DNA of 64,000 nucleotides from an uncultured Pseudomonadota bacterium. Its GTDB lineage: Bacteria > Vulcanimicrobiota > Vulcanimicrobiia > Eremiobacterales > Eremiobacteraceae. The translations under genes and the position numbers were made by a program. Where the stretch lies: contig CAVTNB010000001.1 in NCBI GenBank assembly GCA_963736005.1, positions 1,536,001-1,600,000 of the forward strand, given 5' to 3'. This document shows, piece after piece, positions 50,201 through 58,266 of the stretch; position 1 is the first letter of the stretch, and the number at the start of each line of letters is the position of its first letter. The notes under the pieces are model-generated. The model did no database searches. It was given only the letters and a program-made list of their open reading frames with translations, and was not told where the DNA came from.

Positions 50201-52975
50201 ATGTCGCCCGGAACTGGGGCCACCCCTCGAGGTGAGAGCCCCGTTACTTTGCCTTCGGGTACTATCACGTTTTTGTTCTCGGATATCGAGGGCTCGACGC
50301 AACGTTGGGAGAGTCACCCCGGGGCGATGAAGCCAGCCGTTGCGCGCCACGAGCAGCTCGTGGCGGCGGTGATGGCGCAGCACGGCGGATATATTTTCAA
50401 GACGATGGGAGATGCGCTCTGCGTCGCCTTCCCGACTGCGCCTGACGCGGTGCGAGCTTCGATTGATGCGCAGCGCGCACTCGCGAACGAAGACTTCTCC
50501 GCCGTAAGCGGCCTACGAGTGCGCATGGGGTTGCATACTGGCTACGCGGAGGAACGTAACGGCGACTATTTCGGCCCCGCGGTCAACCGAGTCGCACGTC
50601 TCATGTCCATCGGCCATGGCGGCCAAGTGTTATTGTCGGCCGTGACGAGGGCGCTCGCGCACAACGATCTACCGCAGGGCTCTTCCCTCACGGACCTCGG
50701 GTCCCAGCGGCTGCGCGATCTGACCGAACCAGAGCAGGTCTGGCAATTGACCATTACCGGACTTGCGAACGAGTTCCCACCGCTGAGATCTCTCGACACG
50801 TTGCCCAACAATTTGCCCATGCAGGTCACGAGCTTTCGTGGCCGCGATCAGGATCTCGAAGACTTGAAAAATCTGATCGGTAAGCATCCGCTCGTAACGC
50901 TGCTGGGGTCGGGAGGTGTCGGCAAGACTCGCCTCGCCCTGCAGACGGGAGCGGAGCTGCTCGACCGCTTCCCCGATGGGGTTTGGCTTGCCGATCTTGC
51001 AACCATAACGGATCCGGAACTGGTCTCGAGCGTCGTCGCCAAAGTTCTGGGGATGAGCCAGCAGGAAGGCCAGCGAGTGGATGAGTCGCTGCCTCACTGG
51101 CTGCGACGGAAGAAGCTGCTCATCATCTTGGACAACTGCGAGCACGTCGTGGAGGCTACAGCCAAGCTGGCCGAAGCGATCATCCGCTCTTGCGCGGATG
51201 TGCGACTTCTCAGTACATCCCGTCAAGCGCTGGGCATTCGCGGTGAGGAAGTCCTCAGGGTTTCTTCGCTTGATGTGCCGCATCGAGTAGCCGATTGCAC
51301 GCCGGAGACGGCGATCACATTTGGCGCCGTTGCGCTTTTCGTCGATCGGGCCCGTTCGGTAGACAAATCGTTCGAGCTGACGGACGATAACGCACCAATC
51401 GTTGCAGACATTTGCCGGCGGCTCGATGGCATACCGCTCGCCATAGAGCTTGCCGCGGCTCGGGTGAAGGTGCTTTCCATCCCCAACTTGGCACAACGGC
51501 TCAACGAGCGTTTCAAGCTTCTCACCGGTGGCAGCCGCGATGCAGTTCCTCGACAGAGGACCTTGAGCGCCCTGATCGACTGGAGCTACGATCTTCTCAG
51601 CGCGCAAGAGCAGAAGCTGTTCTTGCGTGCGGGAGTCTTCGCCGGCGGTTTCAGGCTGGACGCTGCTACGGCCGTCTGCGGCGAGGGCATGGATGAGATC
51701 GATATCTTGGATCTGCTCTCTTCGTTGAGCGACAAGTCTCTGGTCGTTGCGGACACCGGCGGCGAGCAAGAGCGATACCACCTTTTGGAATCAACGCGCG
51801 CCTACGCTTTGGAGAAGCTGACCGCGTCGGGTGAACGCGAACGCCTGAGTCGCCGCCATGCGGAGTATTTCCGCGATCAAGCCCAGGCGGCGGATGAGCG
51901 CTATGGGATAGGTTCGACCTATGTCTGGCTTGCCAACGCGGAACTCGAGCTCGACAACTATCGTGCGGCGCTCGAATGGTCCATCACAGAGAACCACGAC
52001 ATGATCGTGGGCGGCGCGATCGCGGGGGCATTGGAGCAGGTCTGGTATCGCGGTGGGCTCACCACCGAAGGCCGCTACTGGATCTCCGCAGCGCTCGAAC
52101 GGGGCAACTATGCCGGACAGCCTTTGATCGCGGCGCGCTTGTGGCGCGCTCTTGGGTTCATCCGGTCGGGCAAGCCAGCATACGAAGCGGCGGAGCGAGC
52201 ACGCGTACTCTACGAGGAAGCTGGCGATAAGTGGGGAGCCGCTCGTGCTAAGGGGGACGCGGCGTTTGCATTGAGACAGATGGGTCGGCTTGACGAAGCA
52301 GTTGAGCTCCTTACGCAAGCGATAGACACATCGCGCTCCTTGGGAGACAAATTTGGAGTTCTCATGGGCCTGAGCACGAGAGGCGGATGCGCGTACAACC
52401 TCGGTGACTTCAAGTTGGGTCGAGAATATTATTCGCAGGCCCTCGCGCTGTCCAAAGAGCTAGCGAACGACATGCAGACCTCGTTTGTCCTGTCGAACCT
52501 TGCCGAACTTGAATTTGCAGATGGCCATGCCGATGAAGCGTTGCGGTCGGCAAAAGAGCTTGCAGAACAGCGCACACGCTCGCAAAACTTGACCAACCTC
52601 GCGACCAGCAAGACCAATGTTGCTGCCTATTGTATCTGGCTTGGTCAACTCGATGAAGCTTGCCAGTCGGCCAGGGAGGCGCTTTATATCTCGCGATCGA
52701 TAACAGCGCTCTACTCCACTTCGATCGCCTGCCAGCACCTCGGGCTTATCGCCAGCCTCCGCGGCCGGCCTCAGGTGGCAGCTTCGCTTCTTGGGTTTGT
52801 CAACGAGCAGTACCGCAAAATCGAGACCGAACGCGAACCAACCGAAAAATTGTGCTACGACAAGTTCATGGCATCGCTGCGGGAACAGCTCAGTGAAACG
52901 GAGATCGAAAAGCTTCTGGCCGAGGGCGCTCGATGGACAGAGGATAAGGCGATCGAGGTTGCGCTCGAGCTCTAA
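50201..52975 (+). CDS. Adenylate/guanylate cyclase domain + NB-ARC-like ATPase + TPR protein
   Basis: FSDIEGST, RVRMGLHTG, VNRVARL; GSGGVGKT, LDNCEH, LDGIPLAIELAA; C-terminal helical repeats. Confidence 0.9.
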   Translation: MSPGTGATPRGESPVTLPSGTITFLFSDIEGSTQRWESHPGAMKPAVARHEQLVAAVMAQHGGYIFKTMGDALCVAFPTAPDAVRASIDAQRALANEDFSAVSGLRVRMGLHTGYAEERNGDYFGPAVNRVARLMSIGHGGQVLLSAVTRALAHNDLPQGSSLTDLGSQRLRDLTEPEQVWQLTITGLANEFPPLRSLDTLPNNLPMQVTSFRGRDQDLEDLKNLIGKHPLVTLLGSGGVGKTRLALQTGAELLDRFPDGVWLADLATITDPELVSSVVAKVLGMSQQEGQRVDESLPHWLRRKKLLIILDNCEHVVEATAKLAEAIIRSCADVRLLSTSRQALGIRGEEVLRVSSLDVPHRVADCTPETAITFGAVALFVDRARSVDKSFELTDDNAPIVADICRRLDGIPLAIELAAARVKVLSIPNLAQRLNERFKLLTGGSRDAVPRQRTLSALIDWSYDLLSAQEQKLFLRAGVFAGGFRLDAATAVCGEGMDEIDILDLLSSLSDKSLVVADTGGEQERYHLLESTRAYALEKLTASGERERLSRRHAEYFRDQAQAADERYGIGSTYVWLANAELELDNYRAALEWSITENHDMIVGGAIAGALEQVWYRGGLTTEGRYWISAALERGNYAGQPLIAARLWRALGFIRSGKPAYEAAERARVLYEEAGDKWGAARAKGDAAFALRQMGRLDEAVELLTQAIDTSRSLGDKFGVLMGLSTRGGCAYNLGDFKLGREYYSQALALSKELANDMQTSFVLSNLAELEFADGHADEALRSAKELAEQRTRSQNLTNLATSKTNVAAYCIWLGQLDEACQSAREALYISRSITALYSTSIACQHLGLIASLRGRPQVAASLLGFVNEQYRKIETEREPTEKLCYDKFMASLREQLSETEIEKLLAEGARWTEDKAIEVALEL

Positions 52976-53002
52976 CCGCCAAAGAAGCTAGCCGAGTCGT
53001 AA

Positions 53003-53503
53003 ATGAGTGGTTTTGATAAGCGCGAGACAGCCCTTAGACGGGTGAAAGATGAAGACTTCGCTTGGATGTTGGGGGGCGAGCCCGTTTGTCGCGCCGGCCT
53101 TAGGTTGCCTCCCGGAGGCGTCGATGATCCGGGTACGCTTAGTCACGTTCGTGACATTACAAAGCGCGTTCACGCTCAGGGCTGCAGTAGCGCCTGGATG
53201 ATTGTTTCAGGCGATGAGGTAGTTGGCTTGTGCGGCTATCACCACGCGCCAAAAAATGGCATGGTAGAAATCGGTTACAGCGTCGCAGGTAGCCGTCGAC
53301 GTTGCGGTCACGCTTCGCGCGCGGTTGAAGCAATGATTGTTGAGGCGATGGCCGAGGGCGTCCGGGTGCTAAAGGCCGAGACTTCCACCACAAATTACGC
53401 CTCCAACCGGGTCCTCGAGAAGAATGGTTTCGTACCATCCGAAACACGCCTCGATGCGGAAGACGGCGAGGTAATTACCTGGCGAAGGACCCTTAGGTCG
53501 TAG
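53003..53503 (+). CDS. GNAT (RimJ-like) acetyltransferase
   Basis: VEIGY.V..RRCGHA; N.ASNRVLEKNGF. Confidence 0.85.
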   Translation: MSGFDKRETALRRVKDEDFAWMLGGEPVCRAGLRLPPGGVDDPGTLSHVRDITKRVHAQGCSSAWMIVSGDEVVGLCGYHHAPKNGMVEIGYSVAGSRRRCGHASRAVEAMIVEAMAEGVRVLKAETSTTNYASNRVLEKNGFVPSETRLDAEDGEVITWRRTLRS

Positions 53504-53585
53504 CCCGGCATTCGGCCGCGAGCGCTTACTTAAGACTGGTAAAACCCCTGGGTTACAGCTCGCGCTTTCGTACTATACTTGAGAT

Positions 53586-53723
53586 GGCGGAGCAGCTGTT
53601 CGTGCCGAAAAATCACGTTTTCGTTCACAGCAGTCGTTTCCGTCTTGGCGGGCGGGATCAGCCTAAGGGCAAACGTAGATGCCTTTCATCGCGTCTGGTC
53701 GCGCCTGCGTCGGTGGCAGGCGC
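53586..53723 (+). ncRNA. Candidate structured ncRNA, copy 2
   Basis: Homologous to 48763-48889 together with its upstream promoter region. Confidence 0.45.
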
Positions 53724-53796
53724 AGACTATCTAGAAGGCGGGCGCAAGTATCGGGCCGGAGATCTCGGAAATCCCTAAAGCATATTGGGACTAGTA

Positions 53797-54075
53797 CTAA
53801 GAGATGGCTTTGACCTCATCCAGCTTGACACCGCGGCCAGCCCGAAGACTCTTCCGCGCCTTTTCGACACGCATCAAAAACCGTGGATCATTTTCAAGCC
53901 GGTAGTCAAACCACTCGTCATCCGATTCGAAACCGATCAAAACACCCGCAGGCCTTCCATGGCGCGTGATTACGATTTCTTCCTTTGCTGCCTCGCGAAG
54001 AAATCGTGACAAATCATCCTTCATCTCAGACAGCGGAACCTTCCTTATTCTGGTTCGGCGAATTGTGCTAGCCAT
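53797..54075 (-). CDS. Phd/YefM antitoxin
   Basis: LSEMKDDLSRFL..EEIVITRHGRPAGVLI; true start may be ~54048 (ATA). Confidence 0.85.
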   Translation of the reverse strand: MASTIRRTRIRKVPLSEMKDDLSRFLREAAKEEIVITRHGRPAGVLIGFESDDEWFDYRLENDPRFLMRVEKARKSLRAGRGVKLDEVKAIS

Positions 54076-54307
54076 TCTGTTGCCTCCGACTTTATTATGA
54101 TCGCCAGAATCTCAACCTTGGGTCTTTGACATCGTAGAACACTCGCGCCTCATCAGCGCGTAGCCTATACTCTGGTCGTCGAATACCCCGAAGCCTTTTG
54201 ATCCGGCTACGACTTTGTTTTCGCGGCTCGTGCTTTAGATGGGTTTCGATCGATGCAAGGACTTTAGCTCGAACATTCGCTTTGAGCCTTCTCAGATCTT
54301 CGACTGC
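54045..54307 (-). pseudogene. RelE/ParE toxin pseudogene (5'-truncated, frameshifted)
   Basis: AVEDLRRLKANVR..SRSRIKRLRG..EYRLRADEARVFYDV, then a frameshift to KVEILAIIIKSEATEWL..*; no start codon found. Confidence 0.75.
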
Positions 54308-54395
54308 GGAAAGGGATTACTTCGTGTCGCGACGGCAGGTTCCCGAACTCGGCTCCGTTCGTGCTTGAGCGCAGTCGCCAAGCGAACATTGATTT

Positions 54396-54869
54396 CTAGT
54401 ACGTTCTCCGCGTACAGGACGCACCGTGCATGCTGCAGACTTGGAGATAGAGGCGGTCGACGAGGTCCCATTCTCTTGCGACCGTTGGGGTGTGCGGCAG
54501 CGACTCGATGATCTGCAGCGTCCCGCCGATATCGCCTGCCCCTTCAGACCAGGGTAAGAATCCGTAATGCATGCCGACTGCAGTCGCGTCCGCAAAGGAC
54601 ACCGAATAGAGCAGTCGAGGCGCACTGTCATCGCACGACTTGAACTCTTGTGCACCCTCCAGCGCGTAGTGGTTTATCGTGTTCCACGAAACCTTCGCCG
54701 AGTAGTCGTTGCTCGAACCCTCGTAACTTTGGACGTCCTTCGCCTTTGCGCTGATCGCGTTGGCGTCAGCAGCCAAATTTTTGCAGCCAGCATTGGCCGG
54801 CTGAGCAAAGAGTACCGTGCCGGCACATATCAAGAGCACAATGATGAAAGTAGAGCTTTGCAGCCTCAT
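54396..54869 (-). CDS. Secreted hypothetical protein, probably leaderless
   Basis: Signal peptide (..PANA); TATAAT lies 6 nt upstream of ATG 54869. Confidence 0.65.
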   Translation of the reverse strand: MRLQSSTFIIVLLICAGTVLFAQPANAGCKNLAADANAISAKAKDVQSYEGSSNDYSAKVSWNTINHYALEGAQEFKSCDDSAPRLLYSVSFADATAVGMHYGFLPWSEGAGDIGGTLQIIESLPHTPTVAREWDLVDRLYLQVCSMHGASCTRRTY

Positions 54870-55122
54870 GCTTGAATTATAGGCCCATCCAATCACAACG
54901 GAGATTGACCGCAGTCACCGTTTTCGGCCATTGGGGTACGATGGCACAAAAGCCTATCGGTAGCCATCTCCTTCAGAAGACCTTGGCCCAGAAGGTCGCG
55001 CCTGCCTAAAAGGCAGGCGACGACTTAGTATCACTTTGGTAAGGCCTAGTGTGACCCGGAATGATTCCAACGGCGACCTGTCACCAATAATTCTATTGCG
55101 TCGATGCTTACCGGGCGAGCTC

Positions 55123-55152
55123 AAAAAAGAAAACCACCCGCATAACGGGTGG
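55123..55152 (-). terminator. Intrinsic terminator
   Basis: CCACCCG-TTATG-CGGGTGG followed by TTTTCTTTTTT. Confidence 0.85.
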
Positions 55153-55171
55153 GTGCTAGTAGCAGTCTCTC
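55123..55171 (-). ncRNA. ~49-nt sRNA antisense to the adjacent tRNA-like RNA
   Basis: Own promoter, 17-nt 5' seed GAGAGACUGCUACUAGC, then an intrinsic terminator. Confidence 0.7.
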
Positions 55172-55178
55172 GCGGGTC

Positions 55179-55207
55179 ATTATAGCACATACACAAGCGT
55201 CGGGCAA
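55179..55207 (-). promoter_or_regulatory. Strong sigma70-type promoter
   Basis: TTGCCC-N17-TATAAT with extended -10 TG. Confidence 0.8.
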
Positions 55208-55256
55208 GATGGATTCACGCAGTCCTCACCGTCGTGAACCCTCCGCTGCGCGGAGC

Positions 55257-55322
55257 TGGAGGCAGCGGGGATCGAACCCGCAGCAGACGGTTTGAGAGAC
55301 TACTACTAGCCAGCTTGCCCCC
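55257..55322 (-). ncRNA. 66-nt non-canonical tRNA-like RNA (Ala-type acceptor, CUC loop, reduced D arm)
   Basis: GGGGGCA/UGCCUCC-A acceptor with G3-U70; T arm GCGGG-UUCGAUC-CCCGC; CU-CUC-AA loop at canonical distance from the T arm; no encoded CCA. Confidence 0.7.
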
Positions 55323-55398
55323 AGCACCATCCTTATCGCGCACGGTTAAGCGAACGTCAAGCCTGAAAACTAACGAGCAGCTGGGCGTCGGCGTGGGA

Positions 55399-56133
55399 CT
55401 ACCGATTGTTCATGCGGTCGAAGATCCGGCGGCGATCTTCGTACGACGCATGCATGGCTTCTTCGGAAAAACCATACGACACCTCGATGCTTCCGGCGCG
55501 GAGTTGCGTAAACGCGGCGTCCGCAAATTCGTCGAGGGGCGTGGCCCATGTGTGGAGGCCTGGACCGCCAAGATCCGTGTTGACTGCGGGCGGTGCGATC
55601 TCGATGACCTCGACGGGCGTTGCGGCGAGCTGTCGGCGCAAGGAAAGCGTAAACGAAGCGATCGCAGCCTTGGTTGCGCAGTACACCGGTGTTGCGGCGA
55701 GCGGCACATACGCAAGCCCTGACGAGATGTTGATGATCGCAGGTTCCTGTTGTTTGCGAAGGTGCGGCAGCAAGAGCATGCTTAGGTGAATTGGTGCTTC
55801 TAAGTTGATCGCGATCTCATTGTGGCATGACGACCAATCGATGTCATCATTCAATGACAGCCACTGTTGAATGCCGGCGTTATTGACGAGAATGTCGAGT
55901 TTTGGGAAGGCTTTGATCGTCCAGGCCGCGAGTTGTTTGCGCTGGTCGGGATCTGCGACATCGCACACACGGGTGTGCAGTGAAGGATGAGCCTCGTGCG
56001 CCTCACGGAGCTTATCCTCGCGCCTGCCGCAGATAATGACCTCGTTGCCTTCGGTGAGGAAACGCTTGGCAAAGGCAAAGCCAATGCCGCTCGCGCCGCC
56101 CGTCAGGAGCATGGTGTGTCCGGTCAGTTTCAT
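55399..56133 (-). CDS. Short-chain dehydrogenase (DltE-like)
   Basis: TGGASGIG, NNAGIQ, YCATK, PPAVNT. Confidence 0.9.
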   Translation of the reverse strand: MKLTGHTMLLTGGASGIGFAFAKRFLTEGNEVIICGRREDKLREAHEAHPSLHTRVCDVADPDQRKQLAAWTIKAFPKLDILVNNAGIQQWLSLNDDIDWSSCHNEIAINLEAPIHLSMLLLPHLRKQQEPAIINISSGLAYVPLAATPVYCATKAAIASFTLSLRRQLAATPVEVIEIAPPAVNTDLGGPGLHTWATPLDEFADAAFTQLRAGSIEVSYGFSEEAMHASYEDRRRIFDRMNNR

Positions 56134-56288
56134 GGGAAGAACTACGCCGCTCGGGGCAGGTTTCCGCTACTACGTTCGCCGGCGGGCAGGACGACCCGCG
56201 CATGCCGTACGCCTGGACGTAGCAAGGCGGGCGCCGTTCTCGCTCAAGAGATCCTCGCCGCAGCGATCCGAAGGCGAAGCCTTGAGAC

Positions 56289-56702
56289 CTAAATAGCGAT
56301 CGACGTGTGGCGTTTTGGACGCCCACCCTTTTTCCCGTTGGCTCTGGCGGCTGCTGATTTAGCTTTGCTTCTTGTACTGCCAGCCTTGGCGTACGGATCG
56401 TCACCAGTTACTGCGCGGCGCACCAGTCCTGCAACCGATATGTTGAGATCGTGCTCGGGCAGCTCAATGGCATCGCCGACGCGCGATAGCCTCAGTTTCT
56501 TGAGATCGGGCTTTGTAACATCGGCCAAGCTAGTAATCGACCTCACGGGTATCTTTAGCTCGGTGCGATTTCGCAGCCTAAGGTAGATATGACTGCTGTT
56601 TGGAAGAAAGCTCATGATGACCGCATCATTAGCTTGATTAAGCCTCCCGCGCTCGCGAGCTTTCGCGATCCCTTTTGCATCAAAACCTTTTATTCTAACC
56701 AT
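56289..56702 (-). CDS. DUF2442-like antitoxin
   Basis: C-terminal G..RS.AK..AARANGKKGGRP; lies downstream of a DUF4160-like gene. Confidence 0.75.
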   Translation of the reverse strand: MVRIKGFDAKGIAKARERGRLNQANDAVIMSFLPNSSHIYLRLRNRTELKIPVRSITSLADVTKPDLKKLRLSRVGDAIELPEHDLNISVAGLVRRAVTGDDPYAKAGSTRSKAKSAAARANGKKGGRPKRHTSIAI

Positions 56703-56824
56703 AATAATTTCTCCATGCAGCCCAGGATATCGGCGCCGTCTTTACGGACATGCACGTGCGGTGGCGGGTGATCGTCGGTGTACACTAATACGTGATAGCC
56801 TTTGTGCTGTGCGACGGTGGGCAT
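56690..56824 (-). pseudogene. DUF4160 (HicA-like) toxin pseudogene with internal deletion
   Basis: MPTV..GY.V.VYTDDHPPPHVHV; the expected C-terminal AAWRNYYG* is out of frame immediately after. Confidence 0.7.
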
Positions 56825-56837
56825 GCGTGTACAGATC

Positions 56838-56867
56838 AGTATAACCTATCACGCTAGGTTTTTGCAA
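56838..56867 (-). promoter_or_regulatory. Promoter with operator palindrome
   Basis: TTGCAA-N18-TATACT enclosing AACCTA-N6-TAGGTT. Confidence 0.6.
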
Positions 56868-56903
56868 GATCTTTTGGATTTCCATTTTGACGCGCCTGCT
56901 TAA

Positions 56904-57047
56904 AAGGCGGGCGCAATTATCGCGCTGGAGATCTCAGAAATCTCAAAAGCATGTCGGCTCTAACACTAAGAAGTGGCTTTGACCGCGGCCAGTCCGAAGA
57001 CTCCCACCCGCCTTTTCGACGCGTACCAAGAACCTTGGGTCATTTTT
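56904..57047 (-). pseudogene. Decayed copy of the phd 3' end and its downstream flank (53735-53895)
   Basis: Shared aaggcgggcgcaa..ggagatctc.gaaatc..tggctttgac..cgcggccag.ccgaagactc..ccttttcgac. Confidence 0.7.
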
Positions 57048-57060
57048 GGAAATCGCGGGA

Positions 57061-57471
57061 TTAGCAAACGATGCAGCGGATATATTTGGTCGCCTTCGCG
57101 TATTCGTGAATCGGACTGTCTCTGGTTAAAAGCCGCGCGCCGTACGCAGCGGCCGTGGCGATCAAAATGCAGTCCGCAGGATCACCCTGAAATTTTCCTG
57201 GTAGCTCGGTTGCTGCCAAAGCAATAGCGGGCGTCAACGTGGCAGTCAGCACGCCCGGCTGGGCAAACAGTGCGCGAATGTAATCTTGTGCAGGGGTCGC
57301 GAGAATGAGCCGCCCCTTGCGCACGAGCATGCCTATTTCCCACGCGCTAATTGGCGAAAGCAGAAGCTCACCGCGCTTGGCGGCATCATCCACAGCTCCG
57401 GCGATAGCTGGTGCTATTTTACCCTCGACCGCCCAAACTGCAGCATGCGTGTCAAGCAAAATTGGGTTCAT
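57061..57471 (-). CDS. vapC: PIN-domain (VapC) toxin
   Basis: LLDTHA, SPISAWEI, DPAD.ILIATA, LLTRD. Confidence 0.9.
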   Translation of the reverse strand: MNPILLDTHAAVWAVEGKIAPAIAGAVDDAAKRGELLLSPISAWEIGMLVRKGRLILATPAQDYIRALFAQPGVLTATLTPAIALAATELPGKFQGDPADCILIATAAAYGARLLTRDSPIHEYAKATKYIRCIVC

Positions 57472-57757
57472 CAGCTTTCCAGTGGGCGCTGACCGGACTC
57501 ACGAGGTCCTTTTCCTTGATTGTCAGGCCGGTAAGAGAGCCGCAGAAACCGCTAGATCCTGCTCGCACTGGCACGAGTCGAGCGACCGGCTTACGGTGCT
57601 TTGTAATCACGATTTCTATTCCTGATCGGCCAACTTCGTCCATAAGTTGGAGGCAGCGCGCTTTGAACTCCCCCGCCCCGACCTGCCTTGATCTCAACAT
57701 AAGGAATGAAATGGCTGACTTCTGGGGTTTGCGGTCCTTGTGTGAGTTTCTGGTCAT
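57452..57757 (-). CDS. Phd/YefM antitoxin
   Basis: AGEFKARCLQLMDEV..IVITKH.KPVARLVP; start may be at MLRS. Confidence 0.88.
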   Translation of the reverse strand: MTRNSHKDRKPQKSAISFLMLRSRQVGAGEFKARCLQLMDEVGRSGIEIVITKHRKPVARLVPVRAGSSGFCGSLTGLTIKEKDLVSPVSAHWKADEPNFA

Positions 57758-57776
57758 AATTTATGACCATATTGTA
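57751..57776 (-). promoter_or_regulatory. Phd operator palindrome and extended -10
   Basis: TGGTCATAA-T-TTATGACCA next to TG-C-TACAAT. Confidence 0.65.
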
Positions 57777-57983
57777 GCACACGTCAGCTGAGCGCTACAA
57801 GGCCCTTCAAGGCGCTCGCAGAGCGTCGCCAGGCTTTCCGAGCGCCTGCCCTACCGGGCATGCGCTACGACGGCTCTTCCTCGCCAACCAGGGAGTAGGC
57901 AGCGAACGTTGGAACGCTGGGGATTCCACCGTGGAGCAGCCGTGGTGGAGAACGACGGCAAGGGATTCGAAGTGGGAAAAATC

Positions 57984-58265
57984 GTGTGCAGAAACATCAA
58001 AACTCTCTTTAATTTTAAACCGGCAGCAACGCGCGACGAAATCCACGCGGCTTCGGAACAATTTGTTCGCAAGATCAGCGGCTTTTCAAAACCCTCAAAA
58101 GCAAATGAAGCTGCGTTCGCGACCGCAGTCGATGAGATCACCGCCGCCTCCGCTCGCTTCCTCGTAAAGCTGCAGACTAGCGCCACGCCGCGAAATCGAC
58201 GAGTGGAAGCGTTGAAAGCCAAGAAGCGTGCGGCTCAGCGATTCGGGACCAACCGAGCAGCTTGA
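57984..58265 (+). CDS. DUF2277-family protein
   Basis: MCRNIKTLFNF.P.AT.DEI.AA..QFVRKISG. Confidence 0.85.
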   Translation: MCRNIKTLFNFKPAATRDEIHAASEQFVRKISGFSKPSKANEAAFATAVDEITAASARFLVKLQTSATPRNRRVEALKAKKRAAQRFGTNRAA

Positions 58266-58266
58266 G

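Noticed and set aside
53584..53778. 64-aa ORF MAEQLFVP.. (and 48692-48895) as protein genes
   Set aside because: Frame not conserved between the two homologous copies and ATG only 4 nt from the -10 box; base pairing is conserved instead
55257..55322. Canonical tRNA or complete tmRNA gene
   Set aside because: Only 66 nt, D arm reduced, anticodon stem weak, no mRNA-like domain; reported as tRNA-like instead
56134..56288. GC-rich intergenic hairpins upstream of the SDR gene as a riboswitch
   Set aside because: Stems are present (e.g. CTCAAG..TCGCC..GGCGA..CTTGAG) but I recognise no riboswitch consensus and see no second copy
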